Assembly (NCBI GenBank): GCA_965237635.1
Contig: CBDEFX010000002.1
Span: 1,874,554 to 1,938,553 of the forward strand
DNA: 64,000 nt
Direction of reading: 5' to 3'
Source: Dehalococcoidia bacterium
Lineage (GTDB): Bacteria; Chloroflexota; Dehalococcoidia; Lucifugimonadales; CAUZJF01
Part shown: positions 28,619-38,270 of the stretch, one piece after another
Layout: the number at the start of each line of letters is the position of its first letter
How positions within the stretch are numbered: position 1 is the first letter of the stretch
The notes under the pieces: model-generated
Told to the model about the DNA's origin: nothing
What the model saw: only the letters and a program-made list of their open reading frames with translations
Databases searched by the model: none
Translations under genes and position numbers: made by a program

Positions 28619-29998
28619 ATGAGTGCTGATTCTGAGCCAATTGGGAAAGCGACGCCTCCCAGCGAAGCTCTCCTTCTTGGCCCAGCCGCAACTCCTAAGG
28701 TAGGACACCCCGAAGTCGAACCCTCGCTAGCATCTCTTGACACGCCGCAGGCCGTCGCTGATCGTCCGGCAGGACCGACTCCACCTCGCTCGCGCTGGCG
28801 GTCCGCATATATATCTCTAACGAACCGCGACTTCCTGTTGCTGTGGCTCGGCCTTCTATTCACGATGAGCGGCCTCCAGATGCAGATGCTCGCCCGCAGC
28901 TACTTGGTCTATGACATCACCGACTCCGGAAAGATTCTCGGCCTCGTAAGCGCCGCGGGCGCATTGCCGATGTTGGGTCTTGCACTCTTCGGGGGCGCCG
29001 TCGCGGACCGCCTTAAGCGAAAACCGCTCATCCAGGCTGGTCAGGTGACCTCGATGGGCGTAGCCCTTTTCGTCGCTGTGTCAATTACACTGGGCTGGAT
29101 CACCTGGGTCCACCTGCTAGTGGCAGCCCTGGTCCAAGGTGTCATGCGGTCCTTCCTGGTGCCGGCCCGTTAGGCGATCATCCCCCAGCTGGTCGGGAGG
29201 GAGAATCTTGGCAATGCGGTCGCACTGCAAGGCGCAGGAATGAGCGCGACCACCCTCGTGGCACCACCCATCGCAGGGGTGCTCTACGCGGCGATCGGGC
29301 CGGAGGGCGTATACTACGTCATCTCATTGCTCGGGCTCGCTGCAGTCGTGATCACGACCTTCGTTCGCTCGCCGGTTGACGTAGACAAACCTTCCAGCTC
29401 TAACGTGCTCGCTGAAATCGGCGCCGGGCTCTCGTACATCTTGCGTAACAGACTCATGATGGTCCTTCTGGCAACTGGGCTGGCCACTGCCACGCTCGCT
29501 ATGCCTATCAGGTTTCTGTTGCCGGTCTTCGTGGCGAACGTGTACGAAAGGGCGTCGGAGGCCTACGGTCTCCTGATAGGGGTAATGGGAGTGGGCTCGA
29601 TGGTCGGCTCCCTAGCCATGGCGTCTTTGGGCCCATGGAAACGGGGCCTATTGTTGATAGTCGGCATCTTTGCTTCCGGCGTCGCCCTGGTGGTTCTGGC
29701 TATTATTCCTCTGTACTACGTGGCGGTAGGCATGATGGTGCTGCTCGGTCTGGGCGATGCGGGCCGGCGGACACTGAACCAGGCGCTGCTGATGGAGCAG
29801 AGTGACGACCGATATCTGGGTAGAGTGATGAGCATTTACACGATGACGTTCGGGATGATGCCCCTTGCGATCCTGCCTGCAGGGTTCGCGATCGACCGGT
29901 GGGGCATCGAGCCTACCATAGGTGTCATGGGCGGATTGATGTTGGGCACTGGCGCCCTGGTTATGGCTACACAGAAGAGGCTTCGGGGCCTCCAATAG
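28619..29998 (+). pseudogene. MFS transporter (MFS_3/EntS-like) interrupted by one in-frame TAG (29171-29173)
   Basis: ORFs 28619-29173 and 29240-29998 share one frame. Read-through gives ...SFLVPAR*AIIPQLVGRENLGNAVALQGAGMSATTLVAPPIAG, a continuous MFS helix 4-5 region. The gene ends in the tandem stops TAG TAG (29996-30001). Confidence 0.65.
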
Positions 29999-30056
29999 TA
30001 GCCCGCCATTGAAGGCCCAATGGGCTCCCAGCACATAACGAATCGGAGGCCGATGC

Positions 30057-31682
30057 ATGCGACCTATAACCGAGATCGCCGAGTCGATGGGTCTGGAACC
30101 GGATGCCGTCATCCCGTACGGCCGGTACAAGGCCAAGGTCCATCTAGACGCGATTCGTCAGGACGGGCCACGCGGCAAGCTGGTGCTGGTCACCGGCATT
30201 ACGCCCACCCGAGCCGGGGAGGGCAAGACGACCACTACGGCTGGCCTCACTCAAGGAATGGGGAAACTCGGCCACCGGGCTATCGCGACGTTGCGCGAGC
30301 CGTCGTTGGGCCCAATATTCGGGATCAAGGGCGGCGGGACGGGTGGAGCGGCAGCTCGGGTAGTTCCCGAGGACGAGATCAACATCCACTTCACAGGCGA
30401 CGCCCACGCGGTGGCCTCGGCGCACAACCTCCTCGCCGCTCTGACGGACAACGTGGCACGGTTGGGTGGCATCGCGGGCTTTAACGCCGACAACATCACG
30501 TGGCGGCGGGTCATCGACATCGAGGAGCGGGCACTTCGCACTATCGTGACCGGCCTCGGTGGCTCGGCAAACGCGCCGGTCCGCGAGACGGGGTTCGATA
30601 TCGTCACGGCGTCGGAGATCATGGCGATCCTTGCGCTGTCGTCTGGCCTGAGCGACCTTCGAGACCGACTGGGCAGGATCATAGTAGGGTTCGCCGCCGA
30701 TGGGCGACCGGTCACGGCCGGCGACATCGAAGGGGCCGTCGGATCGATGATGTCGCTCCTCCGCCACGCTATCCATCCCAACCTGGTCCAGACGGCTGAA
30801 GGCCAGCCCGTGCTTGTGCACACCGGCCCTTTTGGAAACATAGCTCACGGCTGCAACTCCGTCGTAGCCGACCGGCTGGCGCTCGGCTACGCAGACTACG
30901 TGATGACAGAGGCAGGATTCGGCGCGGACCTCGGGTTCGAGAAGTTCATGCACATCAAGGCCCGGTTCAACGACCTCGAGCCGAGCGCCGTCGTGCTCGT
31001 CGCGACCGTCAAGGCGCTCAAAGTGCACGGCGGCGTACGAGTTCGCGATCTGGATGCGCCAAACGACGACGCGGTCGAAAAGGGTGCCCCGAATTTGGAG
31101 CATTTGGTCGGCGTCGTGCGCTCTTTCGGGCTCCCGGTAGTCGTGGCAATCAACCGGTTTCCGTCCGATACAGCCGATGAGTTGGCGTTGGTCAAGGCAC
31201 GGGCCGAAGGGGCCGGCGCCCACGCGGCCGTAGAGTCGACGGTCTTCACCGACGGGGGAGCCGGAGGCGTCGCGCTCGCGGAGGCGGTCGTCGACGCGGC
31301 CCGCGCAAAAGACACGAAGGTCTCATACCTGTATCCGGAGGACGCGACGATCGAGGAGAAGGTGTCGGTCCTGGCCCAGAAGGTGTATGGCGCTGCCGAC
31401 GTCCAGTGGAGTCCACCTGCCCGCACAAAGGCAAAGACCTTCGCCGAGCTAGACTGGGGGCGGCTGCCGATATGCATGGCCAAGACCCACCTGTCGCTTT
31501 CCGACAAACCTCGGCTCAAGGGGCGGCCGACCGGCTACACGTTCGAAATCTCGGATGTAAGGGCCTCGGTCGGCGCCGGGTTCATCTACCCCATTGCAGG
31601 CACGATCGTTACGATGCCCGGGCTGCCCACCAGTCCCAGGGCGCTAGACGTCGACGACCAGGGCAACATCCTCGGGCTTTAA
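30057..31682 (+). CDS. fhs: Formate--tetrahydrofolate ligase
   Basis: 541 aa. VTGITPTRAGEGKTTTTAGL is the P-loop, and length and layout are typical of Fhs. Confidence 0.9.
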   Translation: MRPITEIAESMGLEPDAVIPYGRYKAKVHLDAIRQDGPRGKLVLVTGITPTRAGEGKTTTTAGLTQGMGKLGHRAIATLREPSLGPIFGIKGGGTGGAAARVVPEDEINIHFTGDAHAVASAHNLLAALTDNVARLGGIAGFNADNITWRRVIDIEERALRTIVTGLGGSANAPVRETGFDIVTASEIMAILALSSGLSDLRDRLGRIIVGFAADGRPVTAGDIEGAVGSMMSLLRHAIHPNLVQTAEGQPVLVHTGPFGNIAHGCNSVVADRLALGYADYVMTEAGFGADLGFEKFMHIKARFNDLEPSAVVLVATVKALKVHGGVRVRDLDAPNDDAVEKGAPNLEHLVGVVRSFGLPVVVAINRFPSDTADELALVKARAEGAGAHAAVESTVFTDGGAGGVALAEAVVDAARAKDTKVSYLYPEDATIEEKVSVLAQKVYGAADVQWSPPARTKAKTFAELDWGRLPICMAKTHLSLSDKPRLKGRPTGYTFEISDVRASVGAGFIYPIAGTIVTMPGLPTSPRALDVDDQGNILGL

Positions 31683-31707
31683 CTTCACGATTCTCAACGC
31701 TCGGAGG

Positions 31708-31748
31708 CCCCTCGATACGTCCAGATGCCGAATCGGGACTACTCGGGG
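31708..31748 (+). repeat. Intergenic hairpin repeat family A, copy 1 (diverged)
   Basis: CCCCTCGATACGTCCAGATGCCGAATCGGGACTACTCGGGG lies 26 nt after the fhs stop. It is related to the copies at 40123 and 46969. Confidence 0.7.
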
Positions 31749-31771
31749 TATGCGGAAGCAGGTTGGTCAGA

Positions 31772-31794
31772 GGGCGCACGCCGTGCGCCCCTAC
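31772..31794 (+). repeat. GC hairpin repeat family C, copy 1
   Basis: GGGCGCACGCCGTGCGCCCCTAC. An inverted copy with one substitution is at 57617-57639. Confidence 0.6.
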
Positions 31795-31922
31795 ACGCCG
31801 CCACGTGCGAGCGAATCGTCGATCTTCCACAGCAGCGCTGTTTCCTTACCGCAGGCGCGTCTCAAATTGCTCCCGCCGCGAAGCGGCCGGTATAATGGTG
31901 CATCGCACGGGAGGGGCGGACG

Positions 31923-33155
31923 ATGCCGGAGTTCTTCAACGTTATGCCGCCGAGCGAAGCTCTTCAGGTGCTTCTCCAGCGGCTAGAGCATCAAGTCGAT
32001 CGAGAGCCGGTCCCCACCCACGAGGCCCTGGGACGCGTCACTGCGGAGCAAACGGTCGCGTCCGAGGACCTACCCGCATTTCCGCGGTCAACCATGGACG
32101 GCTTCTCCGTCCGCTCGTCCGACACGTTCGGAGCGTCGGAAGGGCTGCCTGCCTACTTGGAGGTCGTCGGTGAGGTCCAGATGGGTGAGCCCGCCCTCGT
32201 AGAGCTGTCGACCGGCCAGGCGGCCGGGGCGTACACCGGAGGGATGCTGGCCGCGGGCGCCGACGCGGTCGTAATCGTCGAAAACACGCAGACGGTAGAC
32301 GACTCCACAATCGAGGTGCTTCGTCCCGTCGCCCCTGGCGAGAACGTTGTTCAGGTAGGCGAGGACGTGCGGTCCGGCGAACCGGTGTTGACAGCCGGCC
32401 ACGTGATCAGGCCACAGGATATCGGGGGACTGCTCGCCCTCGGTATAACAGAGGTGCTCGTAAGCAAACGGCCCCGCGTCACGATCGTGTCGACGGGAGA
32501 CGAGCTTGTATTGCCGGGTGACCAGCCTGGCCCCGGGCAGATAAGGGACATCAACACCCACACGATCTCGGCGCTGGTGGAAGGGGCCGGCGGGGTACCC
32601 AAGCCCATAGCCATGGTCGGAGACGACCACGAAGCCCAGCGGACCGCGGCCGTCGAGGGGCTTGAGCAGGGCGACATACTCGTCTTTTCGGCCGGGAGCT
32701 CGGTCAGCAGCCGGGACATGACCGCGTCGGTGATGGCGAGCCTGGGGAGCCCAGGCGTGCTTGTGCACGGCATCTCGGTGAAGCCCGGCAAGCCCACGAT
32801 CGTGGCCCTGGTAGACGGCAAGCCTGCTTTCGGCTTGCCGGGGAACCCGGTCTCCGCGGCGGTCGTGTTCGATCTCCTGGTCCGGCCGACGATCTACGCT
32901 CTGAGTGGCTGCACCAGCCCGCCGGAGCCTCCTACGGTACGAGCGCGCCTGCTACGTGACATACCGTCGACGGCAGGTCGCGAGGACTACGTGCAGGTCC
33001 GGCTGGTCGGCGGCGAGGGCGAGCTTACGGCCGATCCCGTGTTCGGCAAATCGAACCTGATCTACACGCTCGTCCGGGCGGACGGGGCCGTCAAGGTGCC
33101 ACTGGACAGGGGCGGGCTATACGCCGGCGACGAGGTCGAGGTTAGGCTGCATTGA
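31923..33155 (+). CDS. moeA: Molybdopterin molybdenumtransferase MoeA
   Basis: 410 aa. STMDGFSV, the MoCF_biosynth-domain stretch VSTGDELV and SGGVS-like SAGSSVSSRD fit the MoeA layout. Confidence 0.85.
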   Translation: MPEFFNVMPPSEALQVLLQRLEHQVDREPVPTHEALGRVTAEQTVASEDLPAFPRSTMDGFSVRSSDTFGASEGLPAYLEVVGEVQMGEPALVELSTGQAAGAYTGGMLAAGADAVVIVENTQTVDDSTIEVLRPVAPGENVVQVGEDVRSGEPVLTAGHVIRPQDIGGLLALGITEVLVSKRPRVTIVSTGDELVLPGDQPGPGQIRDINTHTISALVEGAGGVPKPIAMVGDDHEAQRTAAVEGLEQGDILVFSAGSSVSSRDMTASVMASLGSPGVLVHGISVKPGKPTIVALVDGKPAFGLPGNPVSAAVVFDLLVRPTIYALSGCTSPPEPPTVRARLLRDIPSTAGREDYVQVRLVGGEGELTADPVFGKSNLIYTLVRADGAVKVPLDRGGLYAGDEVEVRLH

Positions 33156-33210
33156 AGCAGTCCGTCGCGTGCCCAGTGACCTTACGCTGCGAGTAACTCA
33201 AGGGATATCA

Positions 33211-35160
33211 ATGAAGCAGCACAGGCATGATAGACGCTACTACCTCGAAGACATCCCTCTCGACGAGGCTCTGAAAAAGTTCCATGACGCCTTAGACAAA
33301 GCCGGTGCCATTCGGCCCTCGCCAGGCGAGACGGTCCCGCTTGAACGGGCCAACGGGAGGGTGACGGCGGAGGCCATATGGGCCAAGGTCTCCTCCCCGC
33401 ATTACGACGCGGCCGCGATGGACGGCGTAGCAGTGAGATCGAAGGACACCGTAGGGGCGACCGAGACCTCGCCTGTAAGACTGAAGGTAGGCGAGCAGGC
33501 TGTCTGGCTGGATACCGGAGACCCGGTGCCCGAGGGCTTCGACGCGGTCGTAATGATTGAGGTGGTCCACGAGGTCGATGAATCCACCATAGAGGTCCGG
33601 TCCCCGGTTCCGCCTTACGAGCACATAAGGGCTCTCGGTGAGGACATTGTCGCCACAGAGCTGGTCTTACCCGAGAACCACAAGCTACGGCCACAAGACC
33701 TGGCCGCCTGCGGTGCCGCAGGCTTGTCTGAAGTATCCGTGCGCCGCCCGCCAAAAGTCGCGATTATCCCGACAGGCACCGAGCTGGTCGTCGTCGGCAC
33801 CGCGGCGGCCCCCGGGCAGATCGTCGAGTCCAACTCCCTGATGCTGGCGGCGATGGTCGACGATTGGGGCGCCGAGGCCACCCGTCGACAGCCTGTTGCC
33901 GACGACCTTGACCAGCTAAAGGCCGCCGTCCTCGATGCCGTGGCGGGCTCAGATATCGTGGTGGTGAACGCCGGCTCGTCTGCCGGGTCCGAGGACTATA
34001 CCGCGAAAGCGGTCGAGGAACTCGGCCAGCTCCTCGTACATGGTGTTGCCATCAGGCCCGGACACCCGTTGGTACTAGGAGTGGTGAAGAACAAGTCGGT
34101 CGTCGGTATTCCTGGCTACCCGGTCTCGGCGGCGATCACATGCGATATTTTCGTTAGACGGCTCATTGAGCAGATGCTGGGCCTACCATCCCACGCTCGG
34201 GAGAGGACAAAAGCAACCGTCACTCGCAAGGTATTGTCACCCATCGGCGAGGACGAGTTCGTTCGCGTGAGGTTGGGCCGCGTGGGTAAGAAGATGGTGG
34301 CCACGCCCATTCAGAGAGGGGCCGGAGTCATCATGTCGCTGGTCAGGGCCGACGGGCTGGTCGTAGTCCCCCGATTCTCGGAGGGGGTGGACGCCGGCCA
34401 GGAAGTGAGTGTTGAGTTGCTGCGCCCGGCAGAGAGCCTAGAAGGGACCATCGTCGCGATCGGCAGCCACGACATGACTCTAGACTTACTCGCTAGCGAG
34501 CTCCGCCGGATTGACCCGAGCCTAACCCTGGCATCTTCTAACGTGGGCAGCCTAGGAGGCCTACTAGCGCTCAGCCGAGGTGAGGCGCACATAGCAGGCT
34601 GCCACCTACTGGACGAGGAGACCGGAGAGTACAACGTCCCGTTCGTACGGCGACACGTGAAGGGGCAAAATGTGGTGTTGATGCGCCTTGTCGACCGGGT
34701 CCAAGGCCTCATCGTGGCGCCCGACAACCCCAAATCGATCACTTCCCTGGAGGACCTGCGGCGCGAGGACGTGACCTTTGTTAACAGGCAGCGGGGCTCG
34801 GGCACGCGTGTCCTGCTCGACCACATGCTTAAGCGCGACGGTGCCTCTGTGGCCGAAGTCCGGGGCTACGAGCGCGAAGAGTACACTCATCTGGCGGTCG
34901 CTGCCGCGATCGCAGGCGGCAAGGCCGATGTGGGGCTAGGCGTCCTGTCGGCGGCCAGAGCAATGGGGATGGACTTCCTGCCCCTCACCACCGAACAGTA
35001 CGATCTCGTCATTCCCGTGGAGTTCTACGAGAGCGACCTGCTCCAGCCATTGCTTTCGCTCATCCGCGACGAGGAGTTCAAGCAGAAGGTGGAGGCGCTC
35101 GGTGGCTATGAGACAGTCCGGATGGGCGAGGTGGTCGCGGAGTTGAAGTCCACTGAGTAG
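33211..35160 (+). CDS. MoeA fused to a C-terminal periplasmic-binding-protein-like (oxyanion-binding-like) domain
   Basis: The ATG at 33211 is preferred over the GTG at 33169. The N-terminal ~400 aa are MoeA-like (AAMDGVAVRS, IPTGTELV, NAGSSAGSED). The C-terminal ~240 aa (IAIGSHDMTLDLL...NRQRGSGTRVLLD...DVGLGV) resemble a PBP-like domain. Confidence 0.7.
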   Translation: MKQHRHDRRYYLEDIPLDEALKKFHDALDKAGAIRPSPGETVPLERANGRVTAEAIWAKVSSPHYDAAAMDGVAVRSKDTVGATETSPVRLKVGEQAVWLDTGDPVPEGFDAVVMIEVVHEVDESTIEVRSPVPPYEHIRALGEDIVATELVLPENHKLRPQDLAACGAAGLSEVSVRRPPKVAIIPTGTELVVVGTAAAPGQIVESNSLMLAAMVDDWGAEATRRQPVADDLDQLKAAVLDAVAGSDIVVVNAGSSAGSEDYTAKAVEELGQLLVHGVAIRPGHPLVLGVVKNKSVVGIPGYPVSAAITCDIFVRRLIEQMLGLPSHARERTKATVTRKVLSPIGEDEFVRVRLGRVGKKMVATPIQRGAGVIMSLVRADGLVVVPRFSEGVDAGQEVSVELLRPAESLEGTIVAIGSHDMTLDLLASELRRIDPSLTLASSNVGSLGGLLALSRGEAHIAGCHLLDEETGEYNVPFVRRHVKGQNVVLMRLVDRVQGLIVAPDNPKSITSLEDLRREDVTFVNRQRGSGTRVLLDHMLKRDGASVAEVRGYEREEYTHLAVAAAIAGGKADVGLGVLSAARAMGMDFLPLTTEQYDLVIPVEFYESDLLQPLLSLIRDEEFKQKVEALGGYETVRMGEVVAELKSTE

Positions 35161-35170
35161 CGTAGCACCG

Positions 35171-36262
35171 ATGGGCAAAGCCACGCAGTTGAAGCAGACT
35201 CCTCTTTTCGACATCCACCGATCGCAGGGCGCACGTTTTTCTCCCTTCGCCGGCTGGAACATGCCTATCCAGTATGGCGGAATCCTCGACGAAGCAAGAT
35301 CGGTGAGAAGCCATGCCGGCCTTTTCGACGTGTCCCACATGGGTCGCGTGGACGTACGCGGTCCCGGGGCCGTGTCATTATTGGACCGCGTCTTCAGCTC
35401 GGACATTCCGTCTCTAGCGGTTGGACGAGCTCGCTACGGCATGATCTGTACTCAAGAAGGCGGGATAATAGACGACTGCATTATTTACCGCCGGGCACGC
35501 GATCGGATCCTCGTGGTGCCGAACGCTGCCAACTCGACGCCGGTGCTTGAGTGGATCGACCGATGGAAGTCCGAGAAAGACGACGTCCAGATCACCGACG
35601 TCACGTCCCGGCTGTCGATGATCGCACTCCAGGGCCCGCAGGCGGCCGATATACTCTCCAAGTCGATAGAGCTTGACCCCTCTTCGGTTAGGTCTTTCTC
35701 TTTTGTCGACGCATATGTAGGAGCGCACCACGCCCTCGTGGCGCGCACCGGGTATACAGGCGAAGATGGCTTCGAGCTCATTCTGCCGTCGAATGGTGTC
35801 ATTGAGCTATGGAGCCTACTCGCGGAGAAAGGCGCCGCCCCCTGTGGACTGGGGGCCAGGGACATTCTGAGGCTGGAGGCGGGTCTTCTGCTGCACGGCA
35901 ACGACATGGACATCTCTACGAATCCTTACGAGGCTGGCCTCGACCGGTTCGTGGACCCCGATCGAGAGGGGTATGTGGCCGGCCATGCGTTGCAGCTTGC
36001 GCGCGATCAGGGCATGAGCAGAGTCCTGGTGGGATTCAACATGGTGGGGCGCGGAACCGCGAGGCACGGGCGCCCCATCATGGACGGCTCGAACAAGATC
36101 GGAACGGTCACCAGCGGGAGCTACTCGCCTTCCCTTGACATGAATATAGGTTTGGGCTATGTTCCAACCGGCTTTTCGTCCTCCGGTTCTCGGTTTGAGG
36201 TTGATATTCGAGGCCGACCCGTTGAAGCGGAAGTGACGACCCTCCCGTTCTACTCCCGGTAA
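35171..36262 (+). CDS. gcvT: Glycine cleavage system T protein (aminomethyltransferase)
   Basis: 363 aa. TPLFDIHRSQGARFSPFAGWNMPIQY and GLFDVSHMG are typical of GcvT. Confidence 0.9.
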   Translation: MGKATQLKQTPLFDIHRSQGARFSPFAGWNMPIQYGGILDEARSVRSHAGLFDVSHMGRVDVRGPGAVSLLDRVFSSDIPSLAVGRARYGMICTQEGGIIDDCIIYRRARDRILVVPNAANSTPVLEWIDRWKSEKDDVQITDVTSRLSMIALQGPQAADILSKSIELDPSSVRSFSFVDAYVGAHHALVARTGYTGEDGFELILPSNGVIELWSLLAEKGAAPCGLGARDILRLEAGLLLHGNDMDISTNPYEAGLDRFVDPDREGYVAGHALQLARDQGMSRVLVGFNMVGRGTARHGRPIMDGSNKIGTVTSGSYSPSLDMNIGLGYVPTGFSSSGSRFEVDIRGRPVEAEVTTLPFYSR

Positions 36263-36270
36263 AGGACAGC

Positions 36271-36660
36271 ATGAATCCCCAGGATCTGAAATACAGCGAG
36301 GAGCACGAGTGGCTAAGAATGGAGTCCGGTAGCATCGGCGTAATCGGGATCACCGCGTTCGCTGCTGAGAGTCTGGGGGACGTCGTGTTCCTGGACCTGC
36401 CCGAGGTAAGCGCTGAGCTCACACAGTCCCAGAAGCTCGGCGAGGTGGAGGCCGCCAAAGCAGTCTCGGACATCTACTCGCCCATCAGTGGTCGCGTGAC
36501 CGAGCGCAACGAAGAGGCCGTGAAGAAACCGGAGCTCGTCAACGATGGTCCGTATGAAACAGGCTGGCTACTAAAGGTCGCGGTGACCGATGTCTCTGAA
36601 GTCGACAAGTTGATGACGGCTGACCAGTACGAGGCATTCCTAGCTTCAAAAGAGCCGTAG
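36271..36660 (+). CDS. gcvH: Glycine cleavage system H protein
   Basis: 129 aa. YSEEHEWL is present, and the lipoyl-lysine motif is VEAAKAVSDIYSPISG. Confidence 0.9.
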   Translation: MNPQDLKYSEEHEWLRMESGSIGVIGITAFAAESLGDVVFLDLPEVSAELTQSQKLGEVEAAKAVSDIYSPISGRVTERNEEAVKKPELVNDGPYETGWLLKVAVTDVSEVDKLMTADQYEAFLASKEP

Positions 36661-36669
36661 GCCGGCCAA

Positions 36670-37287
36670 ATGGAGACCCCAGCCTTCGCTTCTCCGTACA
36701 GCCCGAATACTGCCGCCGACCGGAGAAGCATGCTCGATGCTATCGGCGCTACGTCGGCGGCGGAGTTCTTCGAAGACACCCCTAGCCGGTTCCGCAACCC
36801 CCAGCTAGATATCTCGGGCCCGTTCTCGGAGTTCGAGCTGAGGCGCGAGATCGAGGGTCTAGCGAAGCGAAACGCTGTGCCGGGCGACTACTCCTGTTTC
36901 CTCGGAGCCGGGTCATACCGTCACCATGTCCCCACCGTCGTGCGCCATATTGCGAGCCGGGGCGAGTACATGACCGCCTACACACCCTACCAGCCGGAGG
37001 TTGCCCAGGGAACGCTGCAGACGACCTATGAATTTCAGTCGCTGGTCTGCCAGCTGACCGGTATGGAGGTAGCCAACGCCGGGATGTACGACGGAGCGAC
37101 CGCGCTTGCTGAGGCCGCCCTGATGGCCGCTCGGATAACAAAGCGGTCGCGGATAGCGGAAGAGATGGACGAACTCGCTCAATCGTGCGAGTCACGTCCG
37201 TTCCCTCGAACCACGGGCCAGCAGAGCGAGACGTCGAAAACGCAACGGCCCCGATCGATGGCGATTCTGTATAGCTCCCGTAGCTGA
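36670..37287 (+). pseudogene. gcvPA: Truncated glycine dehydrogenase subunit 1 (gcvPA remnant)
   Basis: The first ~160 aa (FLGAGSYRHHVP, YTPYQPEVAQGTLQ, GMEVANAGMYDGATALAEAALMA) are GcvPA-like. From about 37155 the ORF becomes unrelated low-complexity sequence and stops at 37287. Full-length GcvPA is about 440-450 aa, and no gcvPB follows. Confidence 0.7.
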
Positions 37288-37329
37288 AATGTGTTACGCT
37301 TCTCCGCGAGGCTAGCTATGGGCGCAGAT

Positions 37330-37935
37330 ATGCAGGTCTCCGGGATAGTCCTTGCGGGCGGCATGAGCCGACGACTCGGGCGCAACAAGGCGATCGAGCC
37401 GATAGGCGGCGAACCTCTGCTCCAAAGGGTCATCGGGCGACTTTCGCAAGTCTCGGACGACGCCTTGGTGGTGGTCGCTGACGCGGCCCAGGGTTCGGAG
37501 CTGCCAGTATACGACCCTGTGAGGACAGCGGTGGACGTATATCCGGGGTCTGGCTCGTTGGGGGGTATCTTCACTGGGCTTTCGGCGGCCGATCGTGAAT
37601 GGGGCATCGTGGTAGCCTGCGACATGCCATTCCTGAACGTGGAGTTGCTCAATCAAATGCTGTCCCTTCGGGAGAGATGCGACGCGGTAGTACCCGTGCT
37701 AAATGGACGCCCGGAACCGACCCACGCGGTATACTCCAAGGCTTGCTTGTCGTCGATCGAGCGTCGACTCAAGGCCAGCGACCTGAAAATCACGCGTTTC
37801 TTCGACGAGGTCCAGGTCAATTACATGCCCCAGCACGAGGTCGAACGAACAGACCCAGAACATCTCAGCTTCATGAACGTCAACACACAAGAGGACCTCG
37901 ACCAAGCGCTGGCCCTTGTCAGTGCGGGACAATGA
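37330..37935 (+). CDS. mobA: Molybdenum cofactor guanylyltransferase MobA
   Basis: The start was set at the ATG at 37330, giving MQVSGIVLAGGMSRRLG. ACDMPF is also present. Confidence 0.8.
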   Translation: MQVSGIVLAGGMSRRLGRNKAIEPIGGEPLLQRVIGRLSQVSDDALVVVADAAQGSELPVYDPVRTAVDVYPGSGSLGGIFTGLSAADREWGIVVACDMPFLNVELLNQMLSLRERCDAVVPVLNGRPEPTHAVYSKACLSSIERRLKASDLKITRFFDEVQVNYMPQHEVERTDPEHLSFMNVNTQEDLDQALALVSAGQ

Positions 37936-38270
37936 ATCCGGCTTTTAGGGCAACAGCTATGGTCGCAACTAGCGAGGCATCTACGACAACGGTCTCCGTG
38001 TGGGTCGAGCTCTTCGGGCAGGCCCGCATTCTATCAGGCTGCCGGCAGGTCGAGGTCGCGATGCCCGAACGCGCCGAGGCAGGCGACATGGCAACGGCCT
38101 TGGCTGAGGCATGCCCGGAGCTCGTGGGCAAGGTCATACGCGAGGACAGCACCGGTCTCCAAGTCAGCTACACCTTCAACCTAAACGGGACGGTGTTCGT
38201 AGACGACGAGGAGCTGCATCTGAGAGAGGGCGACTCGCTTTTGCTTTTCTCCAGCCAGGCCGGAGGGTAG
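37932..38270 (+). CDS. moaD: MoaD/ThiS-family ubiquitin-like sulfur-carrier protein
   Basis: The ATG at 37932 overlaps the mobA stop (ATGA). The 112-aa product ends in ...LLLFSSQAGG, the C-terminal Gly-Gly typical of MoaD/ThiS. An N-terminal ~20-aa extension makes the exact start uncertain. Confidence 0.65.
   Translation: MNPAFRATAMVATSEASTTTVSVWVELFGQARILSGCRQVEVAMPERAEAGDMATALAEACPELVGKVIREDSTGLQVSYTFNLNGTVFVDDEELHLREGDSLLLFSSQAGG

Noticed and set aside
11367-29173. Genome-wide reassignment or suppression of TAG, suggested by two in-frame amber codons.
   Set aside because: TAG terminates many well-delimited genes here. Examples are ugd at 6511, the epimerase at 20477, glcD at 23003, gcvH at 36660, the carbamoyltransferase at 5390, and DUF4258 with an overlapping downstream start. 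The amber-interrupted MFS gene itself ends in tandem TAG TAG. Isolated nonsense mutations or consensus errors are more likely.
30144-31223. Long ORFs on the opposite strand or in alternative frames of well-supported genes. Examples: 30144-31223 antisense to fhs, 25324-26067 antisense to glcF, 58780-59610 antisense to trpB, 43237-44283 in another frame of fdhA, 10160-10837 antisense to DUF4012, and 12961-13659 / 54046-54744 and 13717-14304 / 53302-53988 inside the IS1380 copies.
   Set aside because: Their translations are Arg/Pro/Gly/Ala-rich with no recognisable motifs. Each fully overlaps a gene with clear family signatures. This is the usual stop-codon-poor shadow-ORF effect in high-GC DNA.
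37141-37290. A frameshift (rather than a deletion) explaining the short gcvPA.
   Set aside because: I translated all three forward frames of this segment. None continues with GcvPA-like sequence, and only 170 nt remain before mobA, far too little for the missing ~285 residues.
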